Shown here: piece after piece, positions 18,434 through 28,264 of the stretch
Position numbering within the stretch: position 1 is the first letter of the stretch
Layout: each line of letters opens with the position of its first letter
Translations under genes and position numbers: made by a program
Assembly: GCA_017473085.1 (NCBI GenBank)
Contig: JAFUNF010000011.1
Span: 111,876 to 175,875 of the forward strand
Length of the DNA stretch: 64,000 bases
Source of the DNA: Clostridia bacterium
GTDB taxonomy: Bacteria; Bacillota; Clostridia; Oscillospirales; CAG-272
Direction of reading: 5' to 3'
Notes under the pieces: generated by a model
The model's input: the letters and a program-made list of their open reading frames with translations, nothing else
Told to the model about the DNA's origin: nothing
Database searches by the model: none

Positions 18434-20538
18434 TGAATAATTGGATTTGGCTCGACTCCAAATTATATCCACAATACGAAAAAAACGACGACCAAGCAAG
18501 CTTTTGCATAGCCGAATTTAAAAATCACTACTATGCAAAGGACAAAACAAAAATACAAATATCAGCAGATGCAAGGTATTTGCTTTTTGTAAATGATAAA
18601 TTTATAGGCAGAGGACCTGCAAGCCCTGGAAGTGACTTTTTATATGGTAAAATGACATATTCCTACATTGACGAATACGAAATTATCGACACAGGTAAGG
18701 TAGAAATTCGTATTTTAGTAACTAACGTATCAACAGCACTTACCGAATATACCTTTGGTTATTCTGGACTTTTTGTAAGGGTAACCAAGGGTGAAGAGGT
18801 ACTTCTTGAAGGTAACGAAAGCTGGGATTCACGCCCACTTACCGAAAGAAAATCTGCTAACTACACAGACTACACAGTGCCACAGGCACAGTACCATAAG
18901 GCTAAATTTATTCCAACTAAGCGACAAGCAGAGCACTGTCCCTTAGAAAAGCTAACTGAGGAAAAAATATTGCCAATTGACTTTGCACCTGTAACCATAG
19001 GAGCAAAGGAAAAACAAATACTCTCTTGGCAATTTGACAAGATTTACTCAGCTTACCCACAAATTTCAATAGAAGCTAATTCAAATGTCACTATTAAAAT
19101 GATAAGTAGTGAGCAGGGTAAAACAGGCTATTATGACGAAGTAATAGTAACCGACAAAAAGATAGAGCATATCTGTCCACGAATGAGGTCAGTTGGCGAA
19201 ATCACTCTTGAAATAGAAAACAAGGGCGAGTGTGCTTGCACAATCAAGGAGCTATTTTTAAATTATGCTCACTATCCTGTTAAAAACGAGGCTAAATTCA
19301 AATGCTCCGACAAGCTTTTGAACGAAATTTACGACCTTTGTATGCACACGCAAAAGATATGCCGTCAAACCTTGCATCTTGACTCTCCCACCCACCAAGA
19401 GCATCTTGCTTGCACAGGAGACTACTATATTCAAGCACTTATCGAATATTACAATATGTATGACCCCACCTTGACCGAGTTCGACATTTTACGAACAAGT
19501 CGAATTTTAGAAGCACAAAATGGTAGGCTATTCCATACCTCATATAGCTTAATTTATCCATTGTGGATATATGATTACTATATGCACACAGGAAATTTAG
19601 ACCTTTTAAAGAAGGTAGAAAACAGCCTAAGATTATTAACAAAGCGTTTTGAGGGCTACGTAGCCGAGGACAACGGACTAATTGAATACGCACCCGACTA
19701 TATGTTTGTGGATTGGGTAATAGCAAGCGAAAACGAGGATAGCTTCCTTGATGGTAGCAAAATGATGTCCCACGGAAAAATGACAGGCTTTAGCCTACAT
19801 CATCCACCAAAGGCGCTAGGGCAAAGTGTTTTGTGTATGCTTTATTATGAGGCACTAAATAAGCTGAGCGCTATTTTCTCCTTGCTTAAGGACGAAAAAA
19901 CATCCAAGGAGTGTCTAAAAAAGGCGAAAAAAATAAAAAATGCTATCAATGAAAGCCTTTTTGACAAGCAAAGGGGACTATATGTTGGAGGACTTAACAC
20001 ACCCGACAGAGTTGAAACAGGCACTTGGCTACCACAAAATACAAAAACTGTTTATTACCTTAAGCAAGCAAACGTGCTTTCTGTGCTTTTTGGCATTGCA
20101 CCACAGGAAAGTAGTAAGAGCATTTTAGAATACGTGCTTAAGGATTTAAGCAAATACGAAATGCAACCCTACTTTTATCATTTCTTGCTTGAATCAATCT
20201 ACAAGACAGGACTTTTTGAAAAGTATGGACTTGATTTGATAAGAAAATACGAAAGCCTACTAAAAAGATGCAAAAAGGGATTGTCTGAGGCTTGGGAAAA
20301 TATGGATTGCGACTTTTCACACGCATGGGGCGCAGCCCCTGCCTATATTCTGAAAAAAGCACTCACAGGCTTTGAAATTTTAGAGGCAGGCTACAAAAAA
20401 ATCAAGCTTAAACCACGATTGTACGACCTTGAAAGCATGGCAGTTGAAATTTCGACACCCTTTGGCAATATCGAAATTTGTCAACAAAGGGGCAAGGAGC
20501 CTATAATTAAATCCCCTAGGGAAATAGAAATTATATAA
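18433..20538 (+). CDS. GH78-like (alpha-L-rhamnosidase-like) six-hairpin glycosidase
   Basis: N-terminal ARYLLFVNDKFIGRGP and central HLDSPTHQEHLACTGDYY resemble rhamnosidase N-terminal and catalytic-domain blocks (the DCP.RE...W.GD analogue). Confidence 0.55.
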   Translation: MNNWIWLDSKLYPQYEKNDDQASFCIAEFKNHYYAKDKTKIQISADARYLLFVNDKFIGRGPASPGSDFLYGKMTYSYIDEYEIIDTGKVEIRILVTNVSTALTEYTFGYSGLFVRVTKGEEVLLEGNESWDSRPLTERKSANYTDYTVPQAQYHKAKFIPTKRQAEHCPLEKLTEEKILPIDFAPVTIGAKEKQILSWQFDKIYSAYPQISIEANSNVTIKMISSEQGKTGYYDEVIVTDKKIEHICPRMRSVGEITLEIENKGECACTIKELFLNYAHYPVKNEAKFKCSDKLLNEIYDLCMHTQKICRQTLHLDSPTHQEHLACTGDYYIQALIEYYNMYDPTLTEFDILRTSRILEAQNGRLFHTSYSLIYPLWIYDYYMHTGNLDLLKKVENSLRLLTKRFEGYVAEDNGLIEYAPDYMFVDWVIASENEDSFLDGSKMMSHGKMTGFSLHHPPKALGQSVLCMLYYEALNKLSAIFSLLKDEKTSKECLKKAKKIKNAINESLFDKQRGLYVGGLNTPDRVETGTWLPQNTKTVYYLKQANVLSVLFGIAPQESSKSILEYVLKDLSKYEMQPYFYHFLLESIYKTGLFEKYGLDLIRKYESLLKRCKKGLSEAWENMDCDFSHAWGAAPAYILKKALTGFEILEAGYKKIKLKPRLYDLESMAVEISTPFGNIEICQQRGKEPIIKSPREIEII

Positions 20539-20540
20539 CA

Positions 20541-20574
20541 AAAAAGTCAATGTGAAAAACCACATTGACTTTTT
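20541..20574. terminator. Bidirectional terminator between convergent genes
   Basis: 10-bp stem AGTCAATGTG/CACATTGACT flanked by an A-run and a T-run. Confidence 0.7.
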
Positions 20575-20577
20575 AAT

Positions 20578-21786
20578 TTATTTACCCTTAGCTTGCTTTT
20601 CAAGTCGTTTATTCTTAAGAAACATTAGAAGACTAATTACACAAAGTATAACAGGAAATACAAGTGCGATAACAAAGCCTGCCTTAAGATTGTCCCCAAA
20701 GGCAGAGGAAACCTGACCTGCAAGGAATGGACCCACAAGACAACCACCATCGCCTGCTAAGGCAAGCATACCAAAGAGGAATACGCCACCACGTGGCATT
20801 TTTGCACTTGCTATGCTAAATGAAGCAGGCCACAATATGCCTGCACCGATACCACAAAGCCCGCAACCGATTAAGGAAAGTGCAGGGAAGGGAGATACAA
20901 TCGTAATAAGGTAAGCAATAATGCAAACTACTGTTGAAATAAAAATACCAAGTGTCAAATCAAGCTTATCTGCAAATTTTCCATAAAGCACACGAGTAGC
21001 ACCCATGCAAACGGCAAACAGGCAAGGACCAAGCAAATCTCCAAGCCACTTTTCAACCCCTAATGCGCTTTCGCAAAAGGCTGAAGCCCATTGGCTCATA
21101 GCAAGCTCAGAGGCACCTGCACAAAGCATCATTACAACAAGCACCCAGAAAATACCACTCTTTAGTATTTCCATAGGCGAAGACTCTTGACCATCTTCAA
21201 CAAGGTCGTAAATAGTAACCTTGGAAAACATAAAAATACAAGCAATAGGAACAAGAGTCCAAAACATAGCTGCAATTAGCCAGTTGTCAATGCCGAAAGC
21301 AAGGAAGAATATAGTAGAAAGCAAAACCACGGCAACCTGTCCCCAACAATAGAAGGAGTGAAGAATACTCATAGTGCCTGCCTTGTTTTTAGTAGGACAC
21401 GCCTCAACCACAGGGCTGATAAGCACCTCCATAATTCCACCACCTGCGCCACAAAGAATCATTGAAATCATAAGTGCTACAAAGGAATTTGGAATAAGGT
21501 CAGGTAAAATAAACATAGTGCAAAGACCCAAAACAGCAAGGGAGTTGCCTAAGATTATCAAAAAGCGTTGACCGATTTTTGAGGAATACTTAGATACCAA
21601 AACGTCAACTATTAATTCGGTAATAAAGTTAGCCGAAATTAAAAAGCTAATTTGAAAAAGAGTAAGTCCTAACTTTTCCTGAAAGAAAATGAACAAAAGG
21701 GGTGGGAAGTTAAGCATAATTGCTTGCGTTACGTAGCCTAAGCACGCAGCACAAATCGTTGCCTTGTAATTGTTTTTTAAGCTCAT
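20578..21786 (-). CDS. MFS transporter
   Basis: 402 aa with about 12 TM segments in 6+6 organisation. Confidence 0.8.
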   Translation of the reverse strand: MSLKNNYKATICAACLGYVTQAIMLNFPPLLFIFFQEKLGLTLFQISFLISANFITELIVDVLVSKYSSKIGQRFLIILGNSLAVLGLCTMFILPDLIPNSFVALMISMILCGAGGGIMEVLISPVVEACPTKNKAGTMSILHSFYCWGQVAVVLLSTIFFLAFGIDNWLIAAMFWTLVPIACIFMFSKVTIYDLVEDGQESSPMEILKSGIFWVLVVMMLCAGASELAMSQWASAFCESALGVEKWLGDLLGPCLFAVCMGATRVLYGKFADKLDLTLGIFISTVVCIIAYLITIVSPFPALSLIGCGLCGIGAGILWPASFSIASAKMPRGGVFLFGMLALAGDGGCLVGPFLAGQVSSAFGDNLKAGFVIALVFPVILCVISLLMFLKNKRLEKQAKGK

Positions 21787-21868
21787 AGTTTTGCCACGCC
21801 AAAGTGAAATAATATACTTAGGCTATTGTATCACAAGGACACGGGGAAGTCAAGCAAATAAGGACAAA

Positions 21869-23689
21869 TTAATCAACAATATTAATATGGTTATGCTCAA
21901 TCCAAAAGTCAAATTGAATAAGCCAAGCGATAAGCTGTGGAGTATCCATTAGCTGACCAAACCAGGTCCCACCCGACTCAATAATTTCATTAAGCTTAGC
22001 CCTGTCAAGATGCTCGGAAAGATACCCACCCTTTTTAAGCCTTTCCTCAAGCAAGGAGGTAACAAGCCTCATATATTCAGGATTGTGAGTTTTTGGATAT
22101 GGGCTCTTTTTCCTCCAAAGAATTTTCTCAGGCAGATAATCAACCATAGCATTACGCAAAAGAGCTTTTTCAACCTTGTTTTCAAACTTAATTTCCCAAG
22201 GCACATTATAAAGAAATTCTAAAATTCTATGGTCGGCAAAGGGCACTCTTATCTCAACACCACTTGCCATGCTCATTCTGTCCTTCCTCTGTAATAAAGA
22301 GGTCATAAAGTAATTAACGCTTAGATAGGTTGCCACTCTTGAGGTTTTCATTTCCTCACTATCACTTGATAAAACTGGACACTCCTCAAGGGAATTTTTA
22401 TAAATAGACCTGATATAGTCAAAGCCCTCATCACTATTAGATATAGAATCCTTAAATAGTGAGGGGCGAAGTCTGGGCGAGTGTATCCAAGGGAAAAAGT
22501 CACTGTAAAGCATTTCAGGACGATAAAACCAAGGATAGCCACCAAATATTTCGTCGGAGCACTCTCCACTTAAGCCAACAGTGTGGTTTTTCTTAATTTC
22601 CTTGCAGAAATATAAAAGAGAGGAGTCAATGTCTGCTTGCCCTGGTAGGTCCCTGTATTCACAGGAGGGAATAAGATTGCTTGCAAGCTCCCTTGTAGGA
22701 CAGGTTAAAACTCTGTGGCTTGTGCCAAGATAATCAGCTAAATAAATTGCAAATTCATCATCAGGGTTAGGCTGGAAAAGGCTATTCTTAAAGCTTTCCT
22801 TGTTGCCCTCGTATTCAAAGGAATAGGTGGAAAGGACCCTTCCTTGCTTTTTGTATTCATGACTGGCAACTGCCGTTACCACACTTGAATCAAGTCCACC
22901 TGATAAAAGCACACAAAGTCCAACGTCTGCATCAAGCTGTCTTTTTATCGCATCATAAACTAAATATTTGGTTTTCTCAATTGCGTAATTCCTGTCCTTG
23001 AAAAATGGTAAAGGAGTAAGGGACCAATACTTCCATTTTTTAAGCTCCCCACCCTTGAAAATCATACACTCTGCTGGCAAAAGCTCTAAAATATCCTTAA
23101 AAACAGACCTTCCACCAACAAAGTTAGGGCTTAAATATAAAATCTCCCAAAGACCCCTTTTAGTCACGTCACGACTAACTAAGGGCGAGGACAAAAGTGC
23201 CTTAATCTCTGAGGCAAATAATAGATGGCTACCCTTTAAGGAATAATAAAGTGGCTTTACACCAAATCTGTCCCTTGCCAAAAAAACACTTTCTCCGTCG
23301 TAAATCGCAAAGGCAAAAATACCATTTAAGTGCTTAGGGCAGTCCACCCCATATAAAATATAGGAGTATAAAACTACCTCTGTATCACAGTTGGTTTTAA
23401 GAAATATATTCCTTCTTCTAATATCCTTTTTTATTTCGTCACAGTTGTAAATCTCTCCATTATACACAATAGTGTATTTTTTATTGCCATACTCAATAGT
23501 AAAGGGCTGTTGCCCATTTTCAGGGTCCATAACGCTTAAGCGATTGTGCCCAAGCAAAACACCATTGTCCTTAAAAAAATCACTTTCGTCAGGACCACGA
23601 TGCTTCATCGTACCATTCATTCGCCTAACAATCGCCTCATCTACCGAAAACGGCTCCAAAAAATCAATTTCTCCACATATCGAACACAT
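21869..23689 (-). CDS. asnB: Asparagine synthase (glutamine-hydrolysing)
   Basis: N-terminal MC(S)ICG Ntn-amidotransferase start. LSGGLDSS PP-loop. 606 aa. Confidence 0.9.
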   Translation of the reverse strand: MCSICGEIDFLEPFSVDEAIVRRMNGTMKHRGPDESDFFKDNGVLLGHNRLSVMDPENGQQPFTIEYGNKKYTIVYNGEIYNCDEIKKDIRRRNIFLKTNCDTEVVLYSYILYGVDCPKHLNGIFAFAIYDGESVFLARDRFGVKPLYYSLKGSHLLFASEIKALLSSPLVSRDVTKRGLWEILYLSPNFVGGRSVFKDILELLPAECMIFKGGELKKWKYWSLTPLPFFKDRNYAIEKTKYLVYDAIKRQLDADVGLCVLLSGGLDSSVVTAVASHEYKKQGRVLSTYSFEYEGNKESFKNSLFQPNPDDEFAIYLADYLGTSHRVLTCPTRELASNLIPSCEYRDLPGQADIDSSLLYFCKEIKKNHTVGLSGECSDEIFGGYPWFYRPEMLYSDFFPWIHSPRLRPSLFKDSISNSDEGFDYIRSIYKNSLEECPVLSSDSEEMKTSRVATYLSVNYFMTSLLQRKDRMSMASGVEIRVPFADHRILEFLYNVPWEIKFENKVEKALLRNAMVDYLPEKILWRKKSPYPKTHNPEYMRLVTSLLEERLKKGGYLSEHLDRAKLNEIIESGGTWFGQLMDTPQLIAWLIQFDFWIEHNHINIVD

Positions 23690-23952
23690 AAAAACAAAGC
23701 TCCTTATAAAAAAACAAGTCTGCTTTCAGTATATGCAATTCCTTGGAAAATATTAACTTTGTTGCAAAAGTAAAAAGGCATTTGCAATAATAAGAGTAGT
23801 GTCCATTTATCACGCGTGAGCTTGATAGAAATATATTAAAATGCTCGATGATCTTGTAAAAGTTATGTATGTTGATTTAAATAAATTTGATATGTGAATC
23901 ATTATACACTTGAAAGAATTTCTTGCAAGGGTCTAAAATGTTAAAAAATTAA

Positions 23953-24569
<617 letters not shown>

Positions 24570-24591
24570 TGCGACTATTCCTCTACATATG

Positions 24592-24620
24592 AGTATATCA
24601 CAAGATAAATATTTTGTCAA
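24592..24620 (-). promoter_or_regulatory. Consensus sigma-A promoter inside the invertible segment, currently facing left (away from the RiPP operon)
   Basis: Minus strand reads TTGACA (24620-24615), a 17-nt spacer, tgaTATACT (-10 at 24597-24592 with a TG extension). Confidence 0.7.
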
Positions 24621-24697
24621 GACTTTCATTAAAAAAAGTTGCTTAGATAGTTACTTAACTCCTTTTAGTTAATATTATTGTCTTTAACATAATCAGT

Positions 24698-24721
24698 TGT
24701 CAAAAAGTACACTTTATGGCG
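24698..24721. repeat. Right inverted repeat / hix-like crossover site (IRR)
   Basis: TGTCAAAAAGTACACTTTATGGCG matches the reverse complement of IRL (TGTCAAAAAGTACGCTTTTTGGCA) at 21 of 24 positions. Confidence 0.75.
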
Positions 24722-24760
24722 AAAATATTTCTGACATTCATTTGAAAGGATAGACTTGAT

Positions 24761-25840
24761 GTGAGCGAAAGAAAAACAATTACTTTAATAGTTACAGAAA
24801 AATGTGATCTGGCTTGTTCATATTGCTATGAGCATAAAAAAACGGCAAGAAATATGTCTTTTGAAACTGCAAAGAGAATTATTGATAAAGAATTAGACAA
24901 AACAGAATATTCATCGTTTATGATAGAATTCTTTGGTGGTGAACCATTTTTAAATTTCGAATTAATAAAAGAAATTGTTGAATATGTCAACAAAACATAT
25001 AATAAAGATGTTCATTTCTTTGCTACAACAAATGGAACACAGGTGCACGGAGAAATCCAAGAATGGTTAAGAAAAAATGTAAATCAGTTTACTTTTGGCT
25101 TGAGCTTTGATGGAATTAGAGAAGCACAGAATATTAATCGTTCAAATAGCTACGATAAAATCGACTTAAATGTTTTTAGAGAATTATATCCAATGCAACC
25201 CATTAAAATGACTGTATCAGAAAAGACCTTGCCTATGTTTTTTGAATCAGTAAAATTTTTAACAGAACTTGGCTTTAAGATAGCGTGCAATTTGGCTTAC
25301 ATGGTAGATTGGTTGAAAGATGAAAATCGTACGATTTTAGAGGAACAACTTGACTTGTTAATTGACTATTATATAAATAACCCCGATTATCCCAAATGCA
25401 CAATGCTTGATTATGATATTGCAGTGTTGTCACATCCGTTGATGGATAGTGTGATTGTAAAAAAGTTTTGCGGATGTGGAACAGATATGAGAGTTTATGG
25501 TATTGATGGTGAGTGCTATCCTTGCCAACTGTTTTCTCCGATAGCATCACAAGAAAATGCCATAAAGTCAAAGGATTTTAATTTAACAAGAGACATACCT
25601 AAGGAGTTATATCCAAAAGAATGTAACGATTGCTATTATGAAAGAATTTGTGCATTTTGTTTAGGTAGCAATTATTTAAGTACCGGGGATATGTTTAAAC
25701 CTGATTTTTCGCGTTGTGAGTTAAATAAAATAATATTTAAGGCGAATGCCAAACTCAAGGCGCTTGAATGGGAAAAAGGCTTACTTAAGCACGATGATGA
25801 ACAAGGTTTGTTACGAAGTATTATTAAAATATTAGGTTAG
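24761..25840 (+). CDS. Radical SAM/SPASM-domain peptide-modifying enzyme 1 (anSME-like architecture, no N-terminal RRE)
   Basis: CDLACSYC (CX3CX2C) at residues 15-22. C-terminal Cys clusters CGCG...GECYPC and CNDCYYERICAFC. GTG start 10 nt after aaagga. Confidence 0.85.
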   Translation: MSERKTITLIVTEKCDLACSYCYEHKKTARNMSFETAKRIIDKELDKTEYSSFMIEFFGGEPFLNFELIKEIVEYVNKTYNKDVHFFATTNGTQVHGEIQEWLRKNVNQFTFGLSFDGIREAQNINRSNSYDKIDLNVFRELYPMQPIKMTVSEKTLPMFFESVKFLTELGFKIACNLAYMVDWLKDENRTILEEQLDLLIDYYINNPDYPKCTMLDYDIAVLSHPLMDSVIVKKFCGCGTDMRVYGIDGECYPCQLFSPIASQENAIKSKDFNLTRDIPKELYPKECNDCYYERICAFCLGSNYLSTGDMFKPDFSRCELNKIIFKANAKLKALEWEKGLLKHDDEQGLLRSIIKILG

Positions 25841-25877
25841 ATAAAATTAAATCTTTAAAAAGGAGGGAAAATTGCAT

Positions 25878-26053
25878 ATGAAAGTAACAGAAGAATTAAT
25901 CACCAAGTTTAAAGGAGCAATCATTCCCGAGGAAGATCTAACACTTTACTAGTGGAAATGGTGGGTCCTAGTAAGGGCTGCAATAGAGCTTGCAGCAATG
26001 CTTGTGTCTATAGTTGTGGTGACGGCTGTAGTGGTTCGTGCTCAAGCGTTTAG
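25878..26053 (+). pseudogene. Precursor-peptide gene copy 1, disrupted (leader and Cys-ladder core in different frames)
   Basis: A strong RBS aaaaaggaggg precedes leader MKVTEELITKFKGAIIPEEDLTLY, which stops at TAG 25950-25952. The core VEMVGPSKGCNRACSNACVYSCGDGCSGSCSSV continues in the frame offset by -1 (25952-26053). It stops where copy 4 has Gln. Confidence 0.55.
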
Positions 26054-26113
26054 GCGAGTGGCGGATGCAAAATACCTCTAAAACAAGTAAAAATCAAATC
26101 ATAGATTCAAATA

Positions 26114-26285
26114 ATGAAGTTAACAAAAAGAATTGCTTGTGAGGATTAAAAAATAAATTAAATCTGTTGAATTAGCCTCAGTAACAGGAGTTCACTCTGA
26201 TAGTTGTGATAATACGTGTGCACATTCTTGTAAAGTGAACTGTGCAATTGGGTGCGCTGTGAAATGTGCTAATGAATACTATTAG
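26114..26285 (+). pseudogene. Precursor-peptide gene copy 2, decayed leader with an intact-looking core
   Basis: The leader frame gives MKLTKRIACED, then a stop at 26147-26149. The core frame has an in-frame TAA at 26154-26156 and then IKSVELASVTGVHSDSCDNTCAHSCKVNCAIGCAVKCANEYY. The core differs from copy 3 at only 3 nt. Confidence 0.6.
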
Positions 26286-26341
26286 AAATATAATAGTTAG
26301 ATACGAAAAAATTAACTTCTATTTGGCGAAAAGGAGAATAT

Positions 26342-26512
26342 ATGAGATTGACCGAGGAATTGATTGCTAAGATTAAAAGAGCGATTAAGCCTGTTGAATT
26401 AGCACCGACTATGGGAGTTTATTCCAATAGTTGTGATAATACGTGTGCACATTCTTGTAAAGCGAACTGTGCAATTGGGTGCGCTGCGAAATGTGCTAAT
26501 GAATACTGTTAG
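26342..26512 (+). CDS. RiPP precursor peptide, Cys-ladder core type A (56 aa; below the ORF-track cutoff)
   Basis: aaaggaga RBS. MRLTEELIAKIKRAIKPVELAPTMGVYSNSCDNTCAHSCKANCAIGCAAKCANEYC has Cys at 31, 35, 39, 43, 47, 51 and 56. Confidence 0.75.
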   Translation: MRLTEELIAKIKRAIKPVELAPTMGVYSNSCDNTCAHSCKANCAIGCAAKCANEYC

Positions 26513-26568
26513 AAATATAATAGTTAGATATGAAAAATTTAACTTCTATCTGGCGGAAAGGAGAATAT

Positions 26569-26751
26569 ATGAGATTGACCGAGGAATTGATTGCTAAGAT
26601 TAAAAGAGCGATTAAGCCTGTTGAATTAGCACCGGCTATGGGAGTTTATTCCAATAGTTGTGATAAAACTTGTGGCAGTAGCTGTGATAATAGCTGCTGT
26701 AGTGGTTGCAGTGGGACATGTTCAAGTTCTCAAGCACATGGTGGATGCTAA
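26569..26751 (+). CDS. RiPP precursor peptide, Cys-ladder core type B (60 aa)
   Basis: Start moved from ORF-track 26530 to ATG 26569, behind the same aaaggaga RBS as copy 3. Sequence is MRLTEELIAKIKRAIKPVELAPAMGVYSNSCDKTCGSSCDNSCCSGCSGTCSSSQAHGGC. Confidence 0.8.
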   Translation: MRLTEELIAKIKRAIKPVELAPAMGVYSNSCDKTCGSSCDNSCCSGCSGTCSSSQAHGGC

Positions 26752-26872
26752 GGTTTAATTGAATAATAGCCATGACTTTAATGAAATATTTCCAAACGAG
26801 TTTATAGCAGTTTTGGTTTATTTAATCAAGTTATGGCTATTATTTATCAATTTATAATGAAGGAATTTGTGT

Positions 26873-28258
26873 ATGTATTATATATTAAACAAAAATATAG
26901 CATTAAGAAGTTGGAGACTAATACCACATGCCTATTACTCCAAATTGTTACCAACAGCACGATATTTAACTAAGGCGGAGTTTGATTTGCTGTTGAAGTG
27001 CGACGGAAAAACAGATGTGGAACAGACGCCGTTACTTGAGTGCTTGGAAAATAAGGGGATTATTGCAAGATGTAATAAAAACGAAAAGCAATTGACTATT
27101 TGGCAACGATATAGACATTGTGATAACAGATATTTTCCCAAAATGAATTGGATGATAACAAGTAAGTGCAACTACAATTGCCTACATTGCTTTAACGCGA
27201 TTGACAATTCTCCGTTGCAAAACGAATGGACATATGGTGAGGCAGAGAAATTACTTGATGAGGCAATGAAATGTGGAATACATGCTTTTACTCTCACAGG
27301 AGGAGAGCCGATGGCACATAAAGACTTTTTAAAGATAGTAAAGGGGATTTATGAGCGAGGTATGTATGTAGAAGAAATTAACACCAATGGATTTTTTTTA
27401 AATCAAAAAATATTAGATTCATTTAAGGAGATATCTTGTAATCCGATATTAAAAATATCTTTCGATTGCCTAGGGTTCCACGATTGGATGCGCAACAGGG
27501 CGGGAGCAGAGAAAGATGCGATTAGGGCTATAGAATTGTGCATTGAAAATGGATTTAAAGTTAAGGTTCAAACAAATATCAATAAGGTTAATGTTAATTC
27601 TTTATTAAAAACAATGGAATTTTTAGATTCTATAGGAGTAGCTGAAACAAGGATCATTAAAACCACAGAAACGCCCCGATGGATTCAAAACGCAAAGCAA
27701 GAAACACTTGAAATCGAGGAATACTTTGATTGCGTTTTAAACTTTGTTAATGAGTACATAAAAAAAGAGCGAAATATGTCAATTAATGCATGGCAATTTT
27801 TGAGCATAAATCCATTAAACAAAACATATTGTTTAAATCCTGTGTTATGCAACAAGGGCGATTATCGAGACAGCATTCCAGTATGTATTACCAATAGAGG
27901 AATGATTGCTGTAGCGGCAAATGGTGGTGTATATCCTTGTCATCAAACCTCTGGAATTTATGAAGCTAAGGGAATAAAGGTTGAAAATGTTAAAAACAAA
28001 AGTCTTCAGGAAATATTGCAATATGGTGACTATTTGGATGAGATTTGTCGTACTGTAGGAAATTTAAAAAGCGTTAATGATGAATGTGGAATTTGCAAAT
28101 ATTTTCAGTATTGTTTAGGTGGTTGTCGAGCAGTTGCAATGATTCATACTAATGATAAAAACGGTATAGATCCCACAAAATGTGCATTTTTTAAAAAAGG
28201 ATATCATGAGAAAATATTTGAAATGTTAAAGGAGTGGAATAGTCAAACTATTTTGTAG
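26873..28258 (+). CDS. Radical SAM/SPASM-domain peptide maturase 2 with an N-terminal RRE-like (PqqD-like) extension
   Basis: CNYNCLHC (CX3CX2C) appears only after about 95 aa. That extension contains LTKAEFDLLLKCDGKTDV...LLECLENKGII, which looks like a winged helix. The SPASM motif is exact: CGICKYFQYCLGGC. ATG 26873 lies 7 nt after aaggaa. Confidence 0.85.
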   Translation: MYYILNKNIALRSWRLIPHAYYSKLLPTARYLTKAEFDLLLKCDGKTDVEQTPLLECLENKGIIARCNKNEKQLTIWQRYRHCDNRYFPKMNWMITSKCNYNCLHCFNAIDNSPLQNEWTYGEAEKLLDEAMKCGIHAFTLTGGEPMAHKDFLKIVKGIYERGMYVEEINTNGFFLNQKILDSFKEISCNPILKISFDCLGFHDWMRNRAGAEKDAIRAIELCIENGFKVKVQTNINKVNVNSLLKTMEFLDSIGVAETRIIKTTETPRWIQNAKQETLEIEEYFDCVLNFVNEYIKKERNMSINAWQFLSINPLNKTYCLNPVLCNKGDYRDSIPVCITNRGMIAVAANGGVYPCHQTSGIYEAKGIKVENVKNKSLQEILQYGDYLDEICRTVGNLKSVNDECGICKYFQYCLGGCRAVAMIHTNDKNGIDPTKCAFFKKGYHEKIFEMLKEWNSQTIL

Positions 28259-28264
28259 AAAAAT

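Larger units (their letters stand above)
26114..26751 (+). repeat. Tandem array of about 227/228-bp precursor-gene units with mosaic similarity
   Basis: 26283-26439 versus 26510-26666 (spacer, RBS and leader) differ at 5 of 157 nt. 26202-26285 versus 26429-26512 (the core) differ at 3 of 84 nt. Confidence 0.8.

Noticed and set aside
23472-23773. Two plus-strand ORFs (23472-23756 and 23546-23773) at the asnB 5' end.
   Set aside because: They lie antisense to the well-supported asnB N-terminal (MCSICG) region. They have no RBS and look like shadow ORFs.
25953-26078. Stop-codon read-through of TAG 25950-25952 in precursor copy 1. This would give a hydrophobic tail, WKWWVLVRAAIELAAMLVSIVVVTAVVVRAQAFRRVADAKYL, suggesting a TM peptide or recoded TAG.
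   Set aside because: The hydrophobic frame is the expected shadow of a TGT/TGC/GCT-rich Cys-ladder frame. The -1 offset frame aligns residue-for-residue with the intact cores of copies 3 and 4. Nothing in the window suggests TAG reassignment, since other genes terminate at TAG. A decayed copy or an assembly indel is the simpler reading.
26530-26568. The longer ORF-track start for precursor 4 (MKNLTSIWRKGEY...).
   Set aside because: The same upstream sequence precedes precursor 3, where it is not in frame with any start. The conserved aaaggaga RBS sits 7 nt before ATG 26569. The extension is therefore spurious.
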